From Macrostomum lignano (lineage: Eukaryota): a stretch of DNA of 64,000 bases. Both the position numbers and the translations under genes were made by a program. The notes under the pieces are model-generated. The model did no database searches and was not told where the DNA came from. It saw only the letters and a program-made list of their open reading frames with translations. Shown here piece after piece: positions 40,901 to 51,067 of this stretch. Where the stretch lies: assembly GCA_002269645.1 (NCBI GenBank), contig NIVC01003201.1, forward strand, positions 1 to 64,000. The letters run 5' to 3'. Numbering within the stretch: position 1 is the stretch's first letter; each line of letters opens with the position of its first letter.

Positions 40901-43609
40901 GGGGGCGGATACCCCCAGGCACATTCGGGTGCGATAGTTCTGCCATTTGATACAGATCAATCCTTGATCCCAGATAGAAATATCCCTATTGAACCGCGCC
41001 AGCAGCAGCAGCAGCAACAACAGCTGCAGGTGAATGCCGGCCAAAGTGGTAATCGGCCGTTTCTCGAGACTTGAGAGAGCTCTGCTACCGCTCTCGCTGC
41101 AAATGTACTTCCTCGTCTGTTTTCATCCTGTGCCATCAATAGGGGGGGTTTCTTTTCTGTTCTCTCCCTCTGCGAGGATCGGGATTTGACCAGCAGAGTG
41201 TGAATCCCATTTTGATGTTCCCTCGATCCGCCTCGATCCCTTCAGCTCGAACTAGTTTGCGGCGAAAGAATTTCTAGTCCTTCTCAATTTCTCTTCCCAT
41301 CTCCGAACTTCACTGAGTTGGAGCTCCATAGACCCTGCGGCTCCAAGCCCCATCCCTCCCGATCCTCTCAAACTCCACAGCTCCCCTTTTTTTAATCCCC
41401 AGCTCCAACCATTTTTATAAAGCCCGTTTTATCAGTTACTGCGACAGGGTGGCAACACAGTATGGAGCGAGAATGAGTGCACATCTCATTGGAGAATAAC
41501 TGCACATCTCGAGAATGAGTGCACATCTCATTGGAGAATGAGTGCACATCTCATTGGAGAATAACTGCACATCTCGAGAATGAGTGCACATCTCATTGAA
41601 AAATAACTGCACATCTCATTGGAGAATAACTGCACATCTCGAGAATGAGTGCACATCTCATTGGAGAATGAGTGCACATCTCATTGGAGAATAACTGCAC
41701 ATCTCATTGGAGAATAACTGCACATCTCGAGAATGAGTGCACATCTCATTGAAAAATAACTCCCATTTCTCTTCCCATCTCTGAACTTCACTGAGTTGGA
41801 GCTCCATAGACCCTGCGGCTCCAAGCCCCATCCCTCCCGATCCTCTCAAACTCCACAGCTCCGCTTTGGAATCCCCAGCTCCAACCATTTTTATAAAGCC
41901 CGTTTTATCAGTTACTGCGACAGGGTGGCAACACAGTATGGAGCGAGAATGAGTGCACATCTCATTGGAGAATGAGTGCACATCCCATTGGAGAATGAGT
42001 GCACATCTCATTGGAGAATGAGTGCACATCTCATTGGAGAATGAGTGCACATCTCATTGGAGAATGAGTGCACATCCCATTGGAGAATGAGTGCACATCT
42101 CATTGGAGAATGAGTGCACATCCCATTGGAGAATGAGTGCACATCTCATTGGAGAATGAGTGCACATCCCATTGGAGAATGAGTGCACATCTCATTGGAG
42201 AATGAGTGCACATCCCATTGGAGAATGAGTGCACATCTCATTGGAGAATGAGTGCACATCCCATTGGAGAATGAGTGCACATCCCATTGGAGAATGAGTG
42301 CACATCTCATTGGAGAATGAGTGCACATCTCATTGGAGAATGAGTGCACATCTCATTGGAGAATGAGTGCACATCTCATTGGAGAATAAGTGTAACCCGA
42401 AATGACCTGATATAACTCGAACTGATCTGACATAACCGAAAATGACCTGACGTAACCCGAAATGATCTGACATAACCGAAAATGACCTGACATAACCCAA
42501 AATGACCTGATATAACCCGAAATGACCTGACATAACCGAAAATGACCTGACGTAACCCGAAATGATCTGACATAACCGAAAATGACCTGACATAACCCAA
42601 AATGACCTGATATAACCCGAAATGACCTGACATAACCGAAAATGACCTGACATAACCCGAAATAATCTGACATAACCGAAAATGACCTGACATAACCCAA
42701 AATTACCTGACATAACCCTAAATGACCTGATATAACCCGAAATGATCAAATTGATTGCAAAATTTTTACCTCGCATTGATTCTGTTTAATTTTTATCATC
42801 GAGATCCAAAAGAACTCGGATGACTGCATCAAGCCAGCATTAATGCTTATTACGAGCTAATAACAAGAATTGAGTTACAATTTGCAATCCGCTTGACCCA
42901 GCCAGGCCCTCTCACCCCGAGTTCTCCTGGCCGATCTGAAACTCGATGAGCCGCAGCTGGATGACCTTAGTCGGGCCGGTCAGCAATACAAAGGAGAAGC
43001 AAATCCCTTTGGGGAAGCTGGAGTGCCCATAGTTCGGAGACTTCAGCTCGCCCGAGCTTGAGAAGTTGCTGTGGTACACGGTCTCATGCGCTGCAGGAGT
43101 GAGCAATCGAAATTGATTACTGTTGAGATTCGTGCAATGGCAAGCTCTGTTCTTAGCTCACAGCCGCAGGACATCACAGACACATCACATCAACAACAAC
43201 AACATCACAGACACCCACAGCCGCAGGACACTCAACAACATCCCAGACACCCACAGCCGCAGGACACTCAACAACATCACAGACACCCACAGCCGCAGGA
43301 CACTCAACAACATCACAGACACCCACAGCCGCAGGACACTCAACAACATCACAGACACCCACAGCCGCAGGACATTCAACACCATCCCAGACACCCAAAA
43401 CATTCAACAACCAAGGCAGCAGTAGTCAAACACTCACCGCTGCACCGAAAGGACCGAACGCCGGGCACGAAGACAGACATCGCTGCCAAAGCCAGCAAAA
43501 GAGCAGTGCCGAGATTTAGCCACAGCGGCTGCGTCGGACGCCGCTCTCGCTGCTGCTGAGTGCGCGGTTGGCAGCGATCCGTATCGGTCGACGAGCCGCC
43601 GCCAGTCAT
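26430..43609 (-). CDS. Type I membrane protein: signal peptide, 3 CUB domains, LDLa module, TM helix, low-complexity tail (NETO/LEV-10-like, ~755 aa)
   Basis: Exons 43609-43438 (signal peptide), 43090-42916, 38032-37839, 35682-35505, 34026-33830, 32723-32523, 31348-31213, 29032-28947, 27772-27617 (LDLa RCDGRQSCSHIETSDEED-C) and 27202-26430 (TM, stop) total 2268 nt, with every junction GT-AG and phase-matched. CUB hallmarks include LKSPNYG, IKSPGYD, ISSPSF, LCG and GFRIRY/GFQLKY. Confidence 0.85.
27790..28470 (+). repeat. 42-bp minisatellite (GATGATTGACAGGTGACGAGTCAAAGTTCACGAGTGACAGGT)n, CUB gene intron 8
   Basis: Direct reading, period 42. Confidence 0.93.
28476..28925 (+). repeat. 25-bp minisatellite x18 (CTTACCGAGGAGTGAAAGACACCAG), CUB gene intron 8
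   Basis: Units begin every 25 bp from 28476 to 28901. Confidence 0.96.
29905..31175 (+). repeat. 30-bp minisatellite (GAGAGAGTTGTGGCGCCAACTGAAGGACCT)n, CUB gene intron 7
   Basis: Direct reading. Each unit has an AGTTG-N6-CAACT stem. Confidence 0.95.
31377..31830 (+). repeat. (GACT)n-derived ~29-bp array, CUB gene intron 6
   Basis: GACTGACTGACTGACTTGAGTGAGTGGGT units. Confidence 0.95.
32800..33720 (+). repeat. 17-bp minisatellite (GATGAGCTAGAAACCCA)n, CUB gene intron 5
   Basis: Direct reading. Confidence 0.95.
35918..36230 (+). mobile_element. tRNA-derived CORE-type SINE, copy 2
   Basis: Same head, core and tail as copy 1, in the opposite orientation. Confidence 0.88.
36408..36627 (-). mobile_element. 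tRNA-derived CORE-type SINE, copy 3 (lacks 3' tail)
   Basis: Head at 36627 and core intact. The sequence stops at CATCTGAAGG. Confidence 0.85.
37180..37815 (+). repeat. 34-bp purine-rich minisatellite (AGGTGAGAGTGAGGTGAAGGTGGGAGGGAGATGC)n, CUB gene intron 3
   Basis: Direct reading. It begins just after the exon 3 donor. Confidence 0.94.
38150..38640 (+). repeat. 7-bp (GGGAGAT/GGGAGAC)n degenerate array
   Basis: Direct reading. Confidence 0.92.
39230..39880 (+). repeat. Second (GAGATGG)n-type degenerate array with higher-order repeats
   Basis: Direct reading. Confidence 0.9.
41288..42385 (+). repeat. Tandem duplication of a ~190-bp unique segment, each copy followed by a 23-bp palindromic array (GAGAATGAGTGCACATCTCATTG)n
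   Basis: 41288-41470 is repeated at ~41766-41945. Arrays lie at 41470-41760 and 41945-42385. Confidence 0.9.
42388..42745 (+). repeat. 20-bp minisatellite (ATAACCCGAAATGACCTGAC)n
   Basis: Direct reading. Confidence 0.94.
43160..43400 (+). repeat. 36-bp minisatellite, CUB gene intron 1
   Basis: CAGACACCCACAGCCGCAGGACACTCAACAACATCA units. Confidence 0.93.
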
Positions 43610-43914
43610 CCATAAACCGTTCCGATGCGCTCGCAGCACGGCGCGCTACCTGAATGGCAGCAGTTGGTTGCGCTGGATAGTGGAGAGCTGGCCGGCTGGC
43701 CCAAGCAGTTGGGGACAAAATCTGAGACGCTGGCATTCGTCTATTGCGGTGGATTGAAGCCTATAAATTGCTCCGCCTTCCTCTGGGCCAGGCCGTCTCT
43801 GATTGGCTGGCCGGACTTTGGCCACTGTGTGGGGGGACTGCACTTCGCAGCTGACCGCAATCGCGAGCTGAGCCTAAAATATCTCTCGATAGTCTATTTA
43901 CCAATCCGAGTGTG

Positions 43915-44565
<651 letters not shown>

Positions 44566-45073
44566 GAACGAAGCCGAACAGAGCGCACAGTCAGTTTCAT
44601 TCCATCGCCACTAGTAATTCTTTCTCGACCCGTCGCTTGTCAGCCGCCCCCTCCCCGAGCTCCAACTGGCGTAATTGAGTTGGCCCGAGTTTGTGTCCCG
44701 GGGCCGCAGACCCCGAGGCTTCAACTGGCGGTCGGTGAAGCGGAATGCGCAGCTTTAGTAGAAGAGAGCCGGTGCGAAAGGGCCCGTCTCCTTGCACTTA
44801 TTTGCATAGACAGGCTGGCCGGCAGGCAGTACAAATGCTGGCCACAGGCGTCCTCTTGCAGCATATGATTAATGCGATTTATTTCCAATCTCTGCGACAC
44901 AAATTGTTTGTTTGGCTCGATTCTAACCTAACGCATTCGGTTTCTCTGCGTTTGGAATTTCGACATGACTGGCAAAATCTACTCCCGGTTGCTTGGGTCT
45001 CAGTTGATGAAATTCAAAAGTACAATTGTTGGCTAGCTTGAAACTGCATGCGTGGCGATATCAACTCAAGGTA

Positions 45074-45557
45074 TAGCTCTGCTCAATGGTGTCTGTTCTC
45101 AACACCAGCTCTGCTCAATGGTGTCTGTTCTCAACACCAGCTCTGCTCAATGGTGTCTGTTCTCAACACCAGCTCTGCTCAATGGTGTCTGTTCTCAACA
45201 CCAGCTCTGCTCAATGGTGTCTGTTCTCAACACCAGCTCTGCTCAATGGTGTCTGTTCTCAACACCAGCTCTGCTCAATGGTGTCTGTTCTCAACACCAG
45301 CTCTGCTCAATGGTGTCTGTTCTCAACACCAGCTCTGCTCAATGGTGTCTGTTCTCAACACCAGCTCTGCTCAATGGTGTCTGTTCTCAACACCAGCTCT
45401 GCTCGGATGGTGTCTGTTCTCAACACCAGCTCTGCTCAATGGTGTCTGTTCTCAACACCAGCTCTGCTCGGATGGTGTCTGTTCTCAACACCAGCTCTGC
45501 TCAATGGTGTCTGTTCTCAACACCAGCTCTGCTCGGATGGTGTCTGTTCTCAACAGC
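45074..45557 (+). repeat. 32-bp minisatellite x~15 (CTCTGCTCAATGGTGTCTGTTCTCAACACCAG)
   Basis: Head-to-tail units with no spacers and a TGGTGT-N9-ACACCA stem. Confidence 0.95.
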
Positions 45558-46009
45558 ATGACGCTTCTCTTTCTTGAAAAATGAGGAATTTCTTCTGCTG
45601 TAAACAGTCTAACCTGATGTGAAAACATAGAATGAACAGTCAATAAAAAGCGCAAGAAGATTCTGGCACAGTAGGATCAAGGATAGCGGAAGATGAAGCG
45701 CACGTGACAGGCTGGCTCTGCGGGGAATGCTTTCCGCTTCGGCGGGCAGTATAGGGGATGGAGCGTTACACCTGGCCTCTCTTGCTTCCTGCAGCATCTG
45801 GGAGTGAGTTTGCGGCTGATGAAGCGGCGCCAAGTCTCATGGGGGCTTTGAACTCACTGTATAGGTTTATTCTCTCACTAGCTTACAAGATACAACAGTA
45901 GTACAATACTTTTTCAGGGAATCAATGAATGAGTTTTTTCTCCAACTTTCCATAGTCTATGGCGCAGATACTATAGTCAACTGAATACGGGTACCAAGCA
46001 GTGTTCAGT

Positions 46010-46616
46010 TCGATGAAGGAGTGCACTTTTGGCGGGCAGGTAACGGAGCTTCCGCGCTGTCAGCAGTTCGTCTACCTCGGCGGTCTGGTACCTGACGTCC
46101 GCGAAGATCTGCGGCGTCGCCGCGGGCTTGCCTGGGCTGCCTTTCGCTCTGTGAGGGCGGTCCTGCAGTCCGAGGCCCTACCTGACCGCCAGAGGGCGAC
46201 GCTGTTCCAGGCGGTGGTCGAGACCGTTCTGTTGTACAACGCCGAGACCTGGACGCTGACGGATTCTGCTGGCCTGCTGCGTGCCGCCTTTGAGATCAGC
46301 GACGAGCGGATCACTAACGCGGCACTCTATCGCCGCGCCGGCCTGGCCCGTCCAAGTGAACTGCTGCGACTTCGGCGACTCCAGCTGGCAGGCCACATCA
46401 TCCGCGCCGAGTCCTACTGCCCGCAGCCGGTGCATGAGGTGCTACTGCTAACGCTGCAGGCACCCTACCGGCGCGGCCAGGCCCGAACTCGGCGTTTCGT
46501 CGACTGCCTGCTGGCCGACGCTGGCGCCCCGGACTCTGCCGGCGGTGTGGCCTTTGTTCGCGCCCAGGCTCTGAAGCGTGCCCTGTGACGCTGCTTTTTT
46601 TCACCTGACAGCGTAC
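46010..46616 (+). mobile_element. 5'-truncated RTE-clade non-LTR retrotransposon fragment (RT C-terminal region)
   Basis: ORF 46001-46588 has FVYLGG...RRRRGLAWAAF...VETVLLYNAETWTLT...ITNAALY...RRLQLAGHIIR, the typical RTE post-RT segment. Confidence 0.85.
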
Positions 46617-46662
46617 TTTGTTGTTGTTGTTGTTGTGTGTGTGTCTTCGGCGAGAAAACCAT

Positions 46663-49560
46663 TCAGCTGAGCCACCGAGGGTGGGCCAGCTGAAGGAATT
46701 TTAACACCTTGGGCTCGTCTTGAAGCGATCTTATTCCTTCCACTCCACACCGAATCCTGATAGAGTCCCATCTACTACACGTCATCCAGTGGTCTTTCGA
46801 TTCTTCTTCGTCGCAAAAAGAGCAGTTTCCGGCCGGGTCCAGGCCCACCTTCTGCCTCCAATAGCTGGTATGCTTGCAGTGCCCACAACGCAGTTGAGCC
46901 ATCAACACCTCCGTTTTACGGTTTACCGAGCACAGCACCCTCTTTTCTCCAAACACGGCCTCCAATCTCTTGTCTTCACAGGACGAGCTGGCACCTCTCT
47001 TGAGGATCTGCCTCTTGACGCAACTCCAGTCCATGGCCGTGTGATCCTGGCACATCCCTCCAGCCGCCTTTGCCTCCTGGTCAGCCTCTTCGTTTCCTTG
47101 GATACCGATATGACTCGGGATCCACTGTAGCCAGATCTCTGTCCTCTGGCTGGCACAGCGCAGCCTCCCGATGGTGTTGTACATTCTGGCCGACAGGGGT
47201 GTCTTTTCGCCTCTGAGTTTAAGTAGCGCGGACTTGCTGTCCGTGCAGATAAGAGCACTGCGGGGCTTTTTTTCCTCGATAAAATCCAGCGCTAACACTA
47301 ACGCCACTTCTTCCGCCACCAGCGAACTGCAGAACTTACCCGCCGCCGCTCTACGGACTTCTCTGGCGTTATCCGTGAAGGCCACACACGCCGCTCCTCC
47401 ATTTTGCTGCCCCTCGCCCACAGAGCCGTCAGTGAACAGCCGCATTTCGAAGACACCGCAAGCCTCGATGGTAGCTTCTGCTTCTTCCAAGAGGTTTTCA
47501 TCCCCCTTCTTACCACCTCGGATCAGCTCCGTGGAGATCACAACTCCGTCTCTCTGCAACCTTTTCCAGGGCGGATGTCTCTTACGGATAAAACTTTCAC
47601 GAGGATGTTGGGACCATTCCAGGCAGGCTCCTCTAGCCTGTTCCCTCCAGCCTTTATTTGCGGCGAGGCGCCTTGTAACATGTTTTTCACTGCAGCTCCT
47701 AAGCGGGTCGCCCTCCGGTGCTCGACAGGCTTTTTCCCACGCGATCAGCGCTCTCCTCCTGCCTTGATCCCTGATAGGTTCGACTCCGGTCTCCAGGTAC
47801 ACCGCCTCGATCGTCGTGGAGCGCACCAGTCCAGCCGCCGCTCTGAGACAATCCCTTTGGGTCCGTTCAAGCCTATCAAAATTTGAGCTAGACAGCCAGG
47901 GGAGCCACGCCGGTGCTCCATACCAGACACAGCTTTCCACGATGCTCTTGTACACCAGCAGCAGGTCAGCCGTCCTCCACCCCCAGCTGGTATTCGCCAG
48001 GACCCGGATCGCTCGTGCTCTGCGCTTCATCTTTTGGGCCACCTGGTCGGTATGCTCGGTGAAAGTCAGACCTCCATCGATGGTGACACCAAGGTATTTC
48101 AGCTTCCTGACCGTGGCGATGGGGTGGCCCGCGATGCTCAGGCCGATGTCTATGGTCTTATCCTTCGGCGCTCTGCTAAAAACGCATGCTTCACACTTTT
48201 GCGGATTTAGTTCGATCTTAAGGTCGCGGGCCCAGCGCTCGATCTTGTTGAGCGCTCGCTGCATGCGGTCACAGGCGCCTTCAACGGTCTGATCCGACGT
48301 CCAGATAGCCAGGTCGTCGGCGAATCCTCCATATTCCACTCCTTTTTCCTCGAGGTCCTTCCAGCCGTTTGCATACAGAAGGAACAGGGCCGGCGAGCTC
48401 ACTGCTCCCTGGGGGAGGCCCTCCTGGAACCTCCTCCATTTACTGCGACCGTCTCCGACTCTAACTCTTGCCTGACGACCCTCCAGAAAGCTGGCAAACC
48501 ATTTAACCAGGTGCGCCGGAGCTCTTTCCTCCATCAACCTGTTTATCAGTTTGACTCTCCATACCCTCTCGTACGCCTTAGAGCAGTCCAGGGTTATGGC
48601 GATGGTCTTGAGTGGCTTTTTCGCCTCCCATCCGTCTTGGATGTCCTGGACAAGTCGAATAACTTGTTCCTCGGTGCTGCGGCCTCTCTGGAAGCCCGCC
48701 TGCCAGCTCTTAATGATCTTGTTCTCTTCCATCCAGAAATAGAGGCGGTTTGTCACCATGCGCTCCATCAGCTTTGCACAGGCCGATGTGAGGCTGATTG
48801 GGCGGTACGACTCCCGTTTCTTCGGATCTTTTCCGGATTTCAAAAGCGGGATTATCTCTGCCTTCTTCCACGTACCGGGGCAGAGATGCTCCGCCCAACT
48901 TCTATTGAATAACTTGAGCCATCTTTCCAAACACCGGTCCGGCAGATTTTTAAGAAAACGCACCTCAATGCCATCGACTCCGCCCTTTTTATCCGAGGCC
49001 ATTTGCTCTAGCGCGTCCGTGAGCTCCTCTATGACGAACGGCACCCCGAAGTCGGCAGCTTCATTGTACTCACGGAGTCCTTTTGCCACCTGGGCTCGGA
49101 GCTTCCTGTCCTCTTTCTCAATCTTGACCTTGCTGTTTCCTGCGTACATGTCCACGAACACAGCCGCCTTTTCCTCATCTGTCCTCGCTTCATGGTTTCC
49201 TTTCACGATGATCTCATTCGGTATGTTCTCCTCTTTAACCGAGTGAAGCGCTTTGATGGTTCTCCAGGTGTTCTTGCCGTCGTCTCCTTCCTTAAGGTTT
49301 TTGACATGCTCTTTCCAGAAGCTGAGCCTCTTTTCTCTAATCAGCGCGTTCAGCTGCTTGTTTGCCGCGGTCCAACGCGCGCGGCTGTCCTCATCCCTGC
49401 GCGTCTCTGCGTCTCTCTGACGTTGGATCTCTGTCAACTCCTCGTCCCAGAAGGGCATGTTCCGCCTTGACACTTTCTTTTTAGGCACTCCCTCTTCAGC
49501 TGCCTGCACCATCGCTCTACTAAGGTCTTTGGTCTCCTGCGCAATGGATCCGCTCGGGTG
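46663..49560 (-). CDS. Retrotransposon ORF, C-terminal part: reverse transcriptase, RNase H, CCHC-like tail
   Basis: YRPISLTS, QAGFQRGRST, LDCSKAYERV, GLPQGAVSSP, FADDLAIW and KYLGV; RNase H FTDGS, EEVAL, TDSKSAL and WIPSHIGIQGNEEAD; tail CSFC...HW..C. Open for 949 codons from the annotated start. Confidence 0.93.
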   Translation of the reverse strand, partial: HPSGSIAQETKDLSRAMVQAAEEGVPKKKVSRRNMPFWDEELTEIQRQRDAETRRDEDSRARWTAANKQLNALIREKRLSFWKEHVKNLKEGDDGKNTWRTIKALHSVKEENIPNEIIVKGNHEARTDEEKAAVFVDMYAGNSKVKIEKEDRKLRAQVAKGLREYNEAADFGVPFVIEELTDALEQMASDKKGGVDGIEVRFLKNLPDRCLERWLKLFNRSWAEHLCPGTWKKAEIIPLLKSGKDPKKRESYRPISLTSACAKLMERMVTNRLYFWMEENKIIKSWQAGFQRGRSTEEQVIRLVQDIQDGWEAKKPLKTIAITLDCSKAYERVWRVKLINRLMEERAPAHLVKWFASFLEGRQARVRVGDGRSKWRRFQEGLPQGAVSSPALFLLYANGWKDLEEKGVEYGGFADDLAIWTSDQTVEGACDRMQRALNKIERWARDLKIELNPQKCEACVFSRAPKDKTIDIGLSIAGHPIATVRKLKYLGVTIDGGLTFTEHTDQVAQKMKRRARAIRVLANTSWGWRTADLLLVYKSIVESCVWYGAPAWLPWLSSSNFDRLERTQRDCLRAAAGLVRSTTIEAVYLETGVEPIRDQGRRRALIAWEKACRAPEGDPLRSCSEKHVTRRLAANKGWREQARGACLEWSQHPRESFIRKRHPPWKRLQRDGVVISTELIRGGKKGDENLLEEAEATIEACGVFEMRLFTDGSVGEGQQNGGAACVAFTDNAREVRRAAAGKFCSSLVAEEVALVLALDFIEEKKPRSALICTDSKSALLKLRGEKTPLSARMYNTIGRLRCASQRTEIWLQWIPSHIGIQGNEEADQEAKAAGGMCQDHTAMDWSCVKRQILKRGASSSCEDKRLEAVFGEKRVLCSVNRKTEVLMAQLRCGHCKHTSYWRQKVGLDPAGNCSFCDEEESKDHWMTCSRWDSIRIRCGVEGIRSLQDEPKVLKFLQLAHPRWLS

Positions 49561-51067
49561 GCCTCAAACGCTTCAGCGCACTTTTTTCTGAAAGACGACC
49601 AATCCGCTTTCTTCCACGCCCAAGCCAGCCGTATTCGACTGTCCCTAACTTCCCGCTCCGTCGCCACAGTGATGATGATGGGGTGGTGATCGGAGCTGAG
49701 GCCGCGGTGACTTCCCATTGACAGCGTACCCCCAGGTTTGAAGCCGCCAGGGATACGTCTGGGACGCTGTCGTTGCCGGTCCTCCAGTCCGTACGCGTGG
49801 CCGCGCCGTCGTTTAGGATCTGATAGTCGAACTCGGCAATCCAGTCCAGCAGCTCCCTTGAGTCTCTACGGTCCAAGGCGCTCTGGTCTGGGGTGGCTCC
49901 CCATTCCTCCGCATGCAGGTTGAAATCTCCAAGGACAATCTCGCGGCTGTCGGGACGCATCCAACTCCAGACCTCTTCGCTCTCTCTTGCATCCTCTCCT
50001 TCCACGCTTCTGACTGGAGGGCGGTATACATTGGTGACTACGACACGCTCTTTCTTGTTGAGATCGATAACCGTTCTCATGCCTTCCGTGACGCCTCCCT
50101 TCCACGCCAGCAGACGTTTGAACGGGATGTTGTGCTTGACAAGCGTGATGAGGCCTCCTCCCTTAGCTCTTTCACTCCGCCTGATTTCTAGACGGTCTTT
50201 TCGCAGGGTGGTATAGCCTCTAAAGCGTGGAGTCTCGCTATTTTCACAGAGCTTAGATTCTTGAATAACAGCCACGTCGATATCGTGGGCCTCCAGGAAG
50301 CCCTCCAGCTCGGCTCTCTTGGTGTTAATTCCATCAGCATTCCACTGCAATATTCGCAGGAACCTCCTGGGTTCTTTTTTCCATCCTTTACTCGCTCCAC
50401 AGGTAGAACTCGGTTCTTCTGTCGCTGCTTTCTCCTCCGCCATCCTGACCAGGCGGTTTAGACAGTGCATACAGGTCCAGAGGCCTCTCCTCACTTCGCC
50501 ATCCAAACAGGCTCTGCTAGCACGAGTGCACTTGTTGTGGAAGAGGCCCATGCACTCTTTGCAGCGCGCAATAACCTTCGTCACTTTGAGTTTGCTCTTG
50601 CAGCCCGGTGCTGCACACCTCTCACCGTTTTTGATTTCCTCCGCCGCTGCTTCCCACCGCTTACGGTCTTCGTCGGCGTCTTCCTTCTCCCATTCTCTGT
50701 CCAGGGTGCAATGGGGGCAGCGCCACTCTCTATTTGCTTCTCTGACTTTCTTTTGGATGCCACGGGTGAGCCCTGTGCACGATCCATGGAACACTCGATC
50801 GCACTCCGTGCAGTTGGTGGGGGTTTGCCCCGAAGTGAGCACCTTGCCACATTTGGCGCAGGGGCCTGGATTTCTCTCTACGTCACTAGCCACTGGGATG
50901 ACTTCACTCGCTCGCCAGCCCGTTCTGAGCTCCGGTTCTTCCGCTTTCATCCTGTTGTAATAACTTCTTTCTATCCCCAGGTTTTCCGAGTTGACCCAGC
51001 TGTTCGTTTGTCCGGAGTGGTCTCCGGCTCCCGTCCGCCGAGTATCCCTATGTTTAGGTCGGGTCAT
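49520..51067 (-). CDS. Retrotransposon ORF, N-terminal part: 2A-like peptide, two PHD-type fingers, apurinic endonuclease
   Basis: DVERNPGP; CxxC...CxxC...H..C...WxCxxC twice; APE motifs LQWNADG, IQESKL, GDFNLH and SVPDVSL. The SDH motif continues in another frame after ~49706. Confidence 0.88.
   Translation of the reverse strand: MTRPKHRDTRRTGAGDHSGQTNSWVNSENLGIERSYYNRMKAEEPELRTGWRASEVIPVASDVERNPGPCAKCGKVLTSGQTPTNCTECDRVFHGSCTGLTRGIQKKVREANREWRCPHCTLDREWEKEDADEDRKRWEAAAEEIKNGERCAAPGCKSKLKVTKVIARCKECMGLFHNKCTRASRACLDGEVRRGLWTCMHCLNRLVRMAEEKAATEEPSSTCGASKGWKKEPRRFLRILQWNADGINTKRAELEGFLEAHDIDVAVIQESKLCENSETPRFRGYTTLRKDRLEIRRSERAKGGGLITLVKHNIPFKRLLAWKGGVTEGMRTVIDLNKKERVVVTNVYRPPVRSVEGEDARESEEVWSWMRPDSREIVLGDFNLHAEEWGATPDQSALDRRDSRELLDWIAEFDYQILNDGAATRTDWRTGNDSVPDVSLAASNLGVRCQWEVTAASAPITTPSSSLWRRSGKLGTVEYGWLGRGRKRIGRLSEKSALKRLRPPERIHCAGDQRP

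Noticed and set aside
45074-45557. CRISPR-like 32-bp palindromic repeats (also the 30-bp and 23-bp arrays)
   Set aside because: Units are head-to-tail with no unique spacers, there are no cas genes, and the context is eukaryotic.
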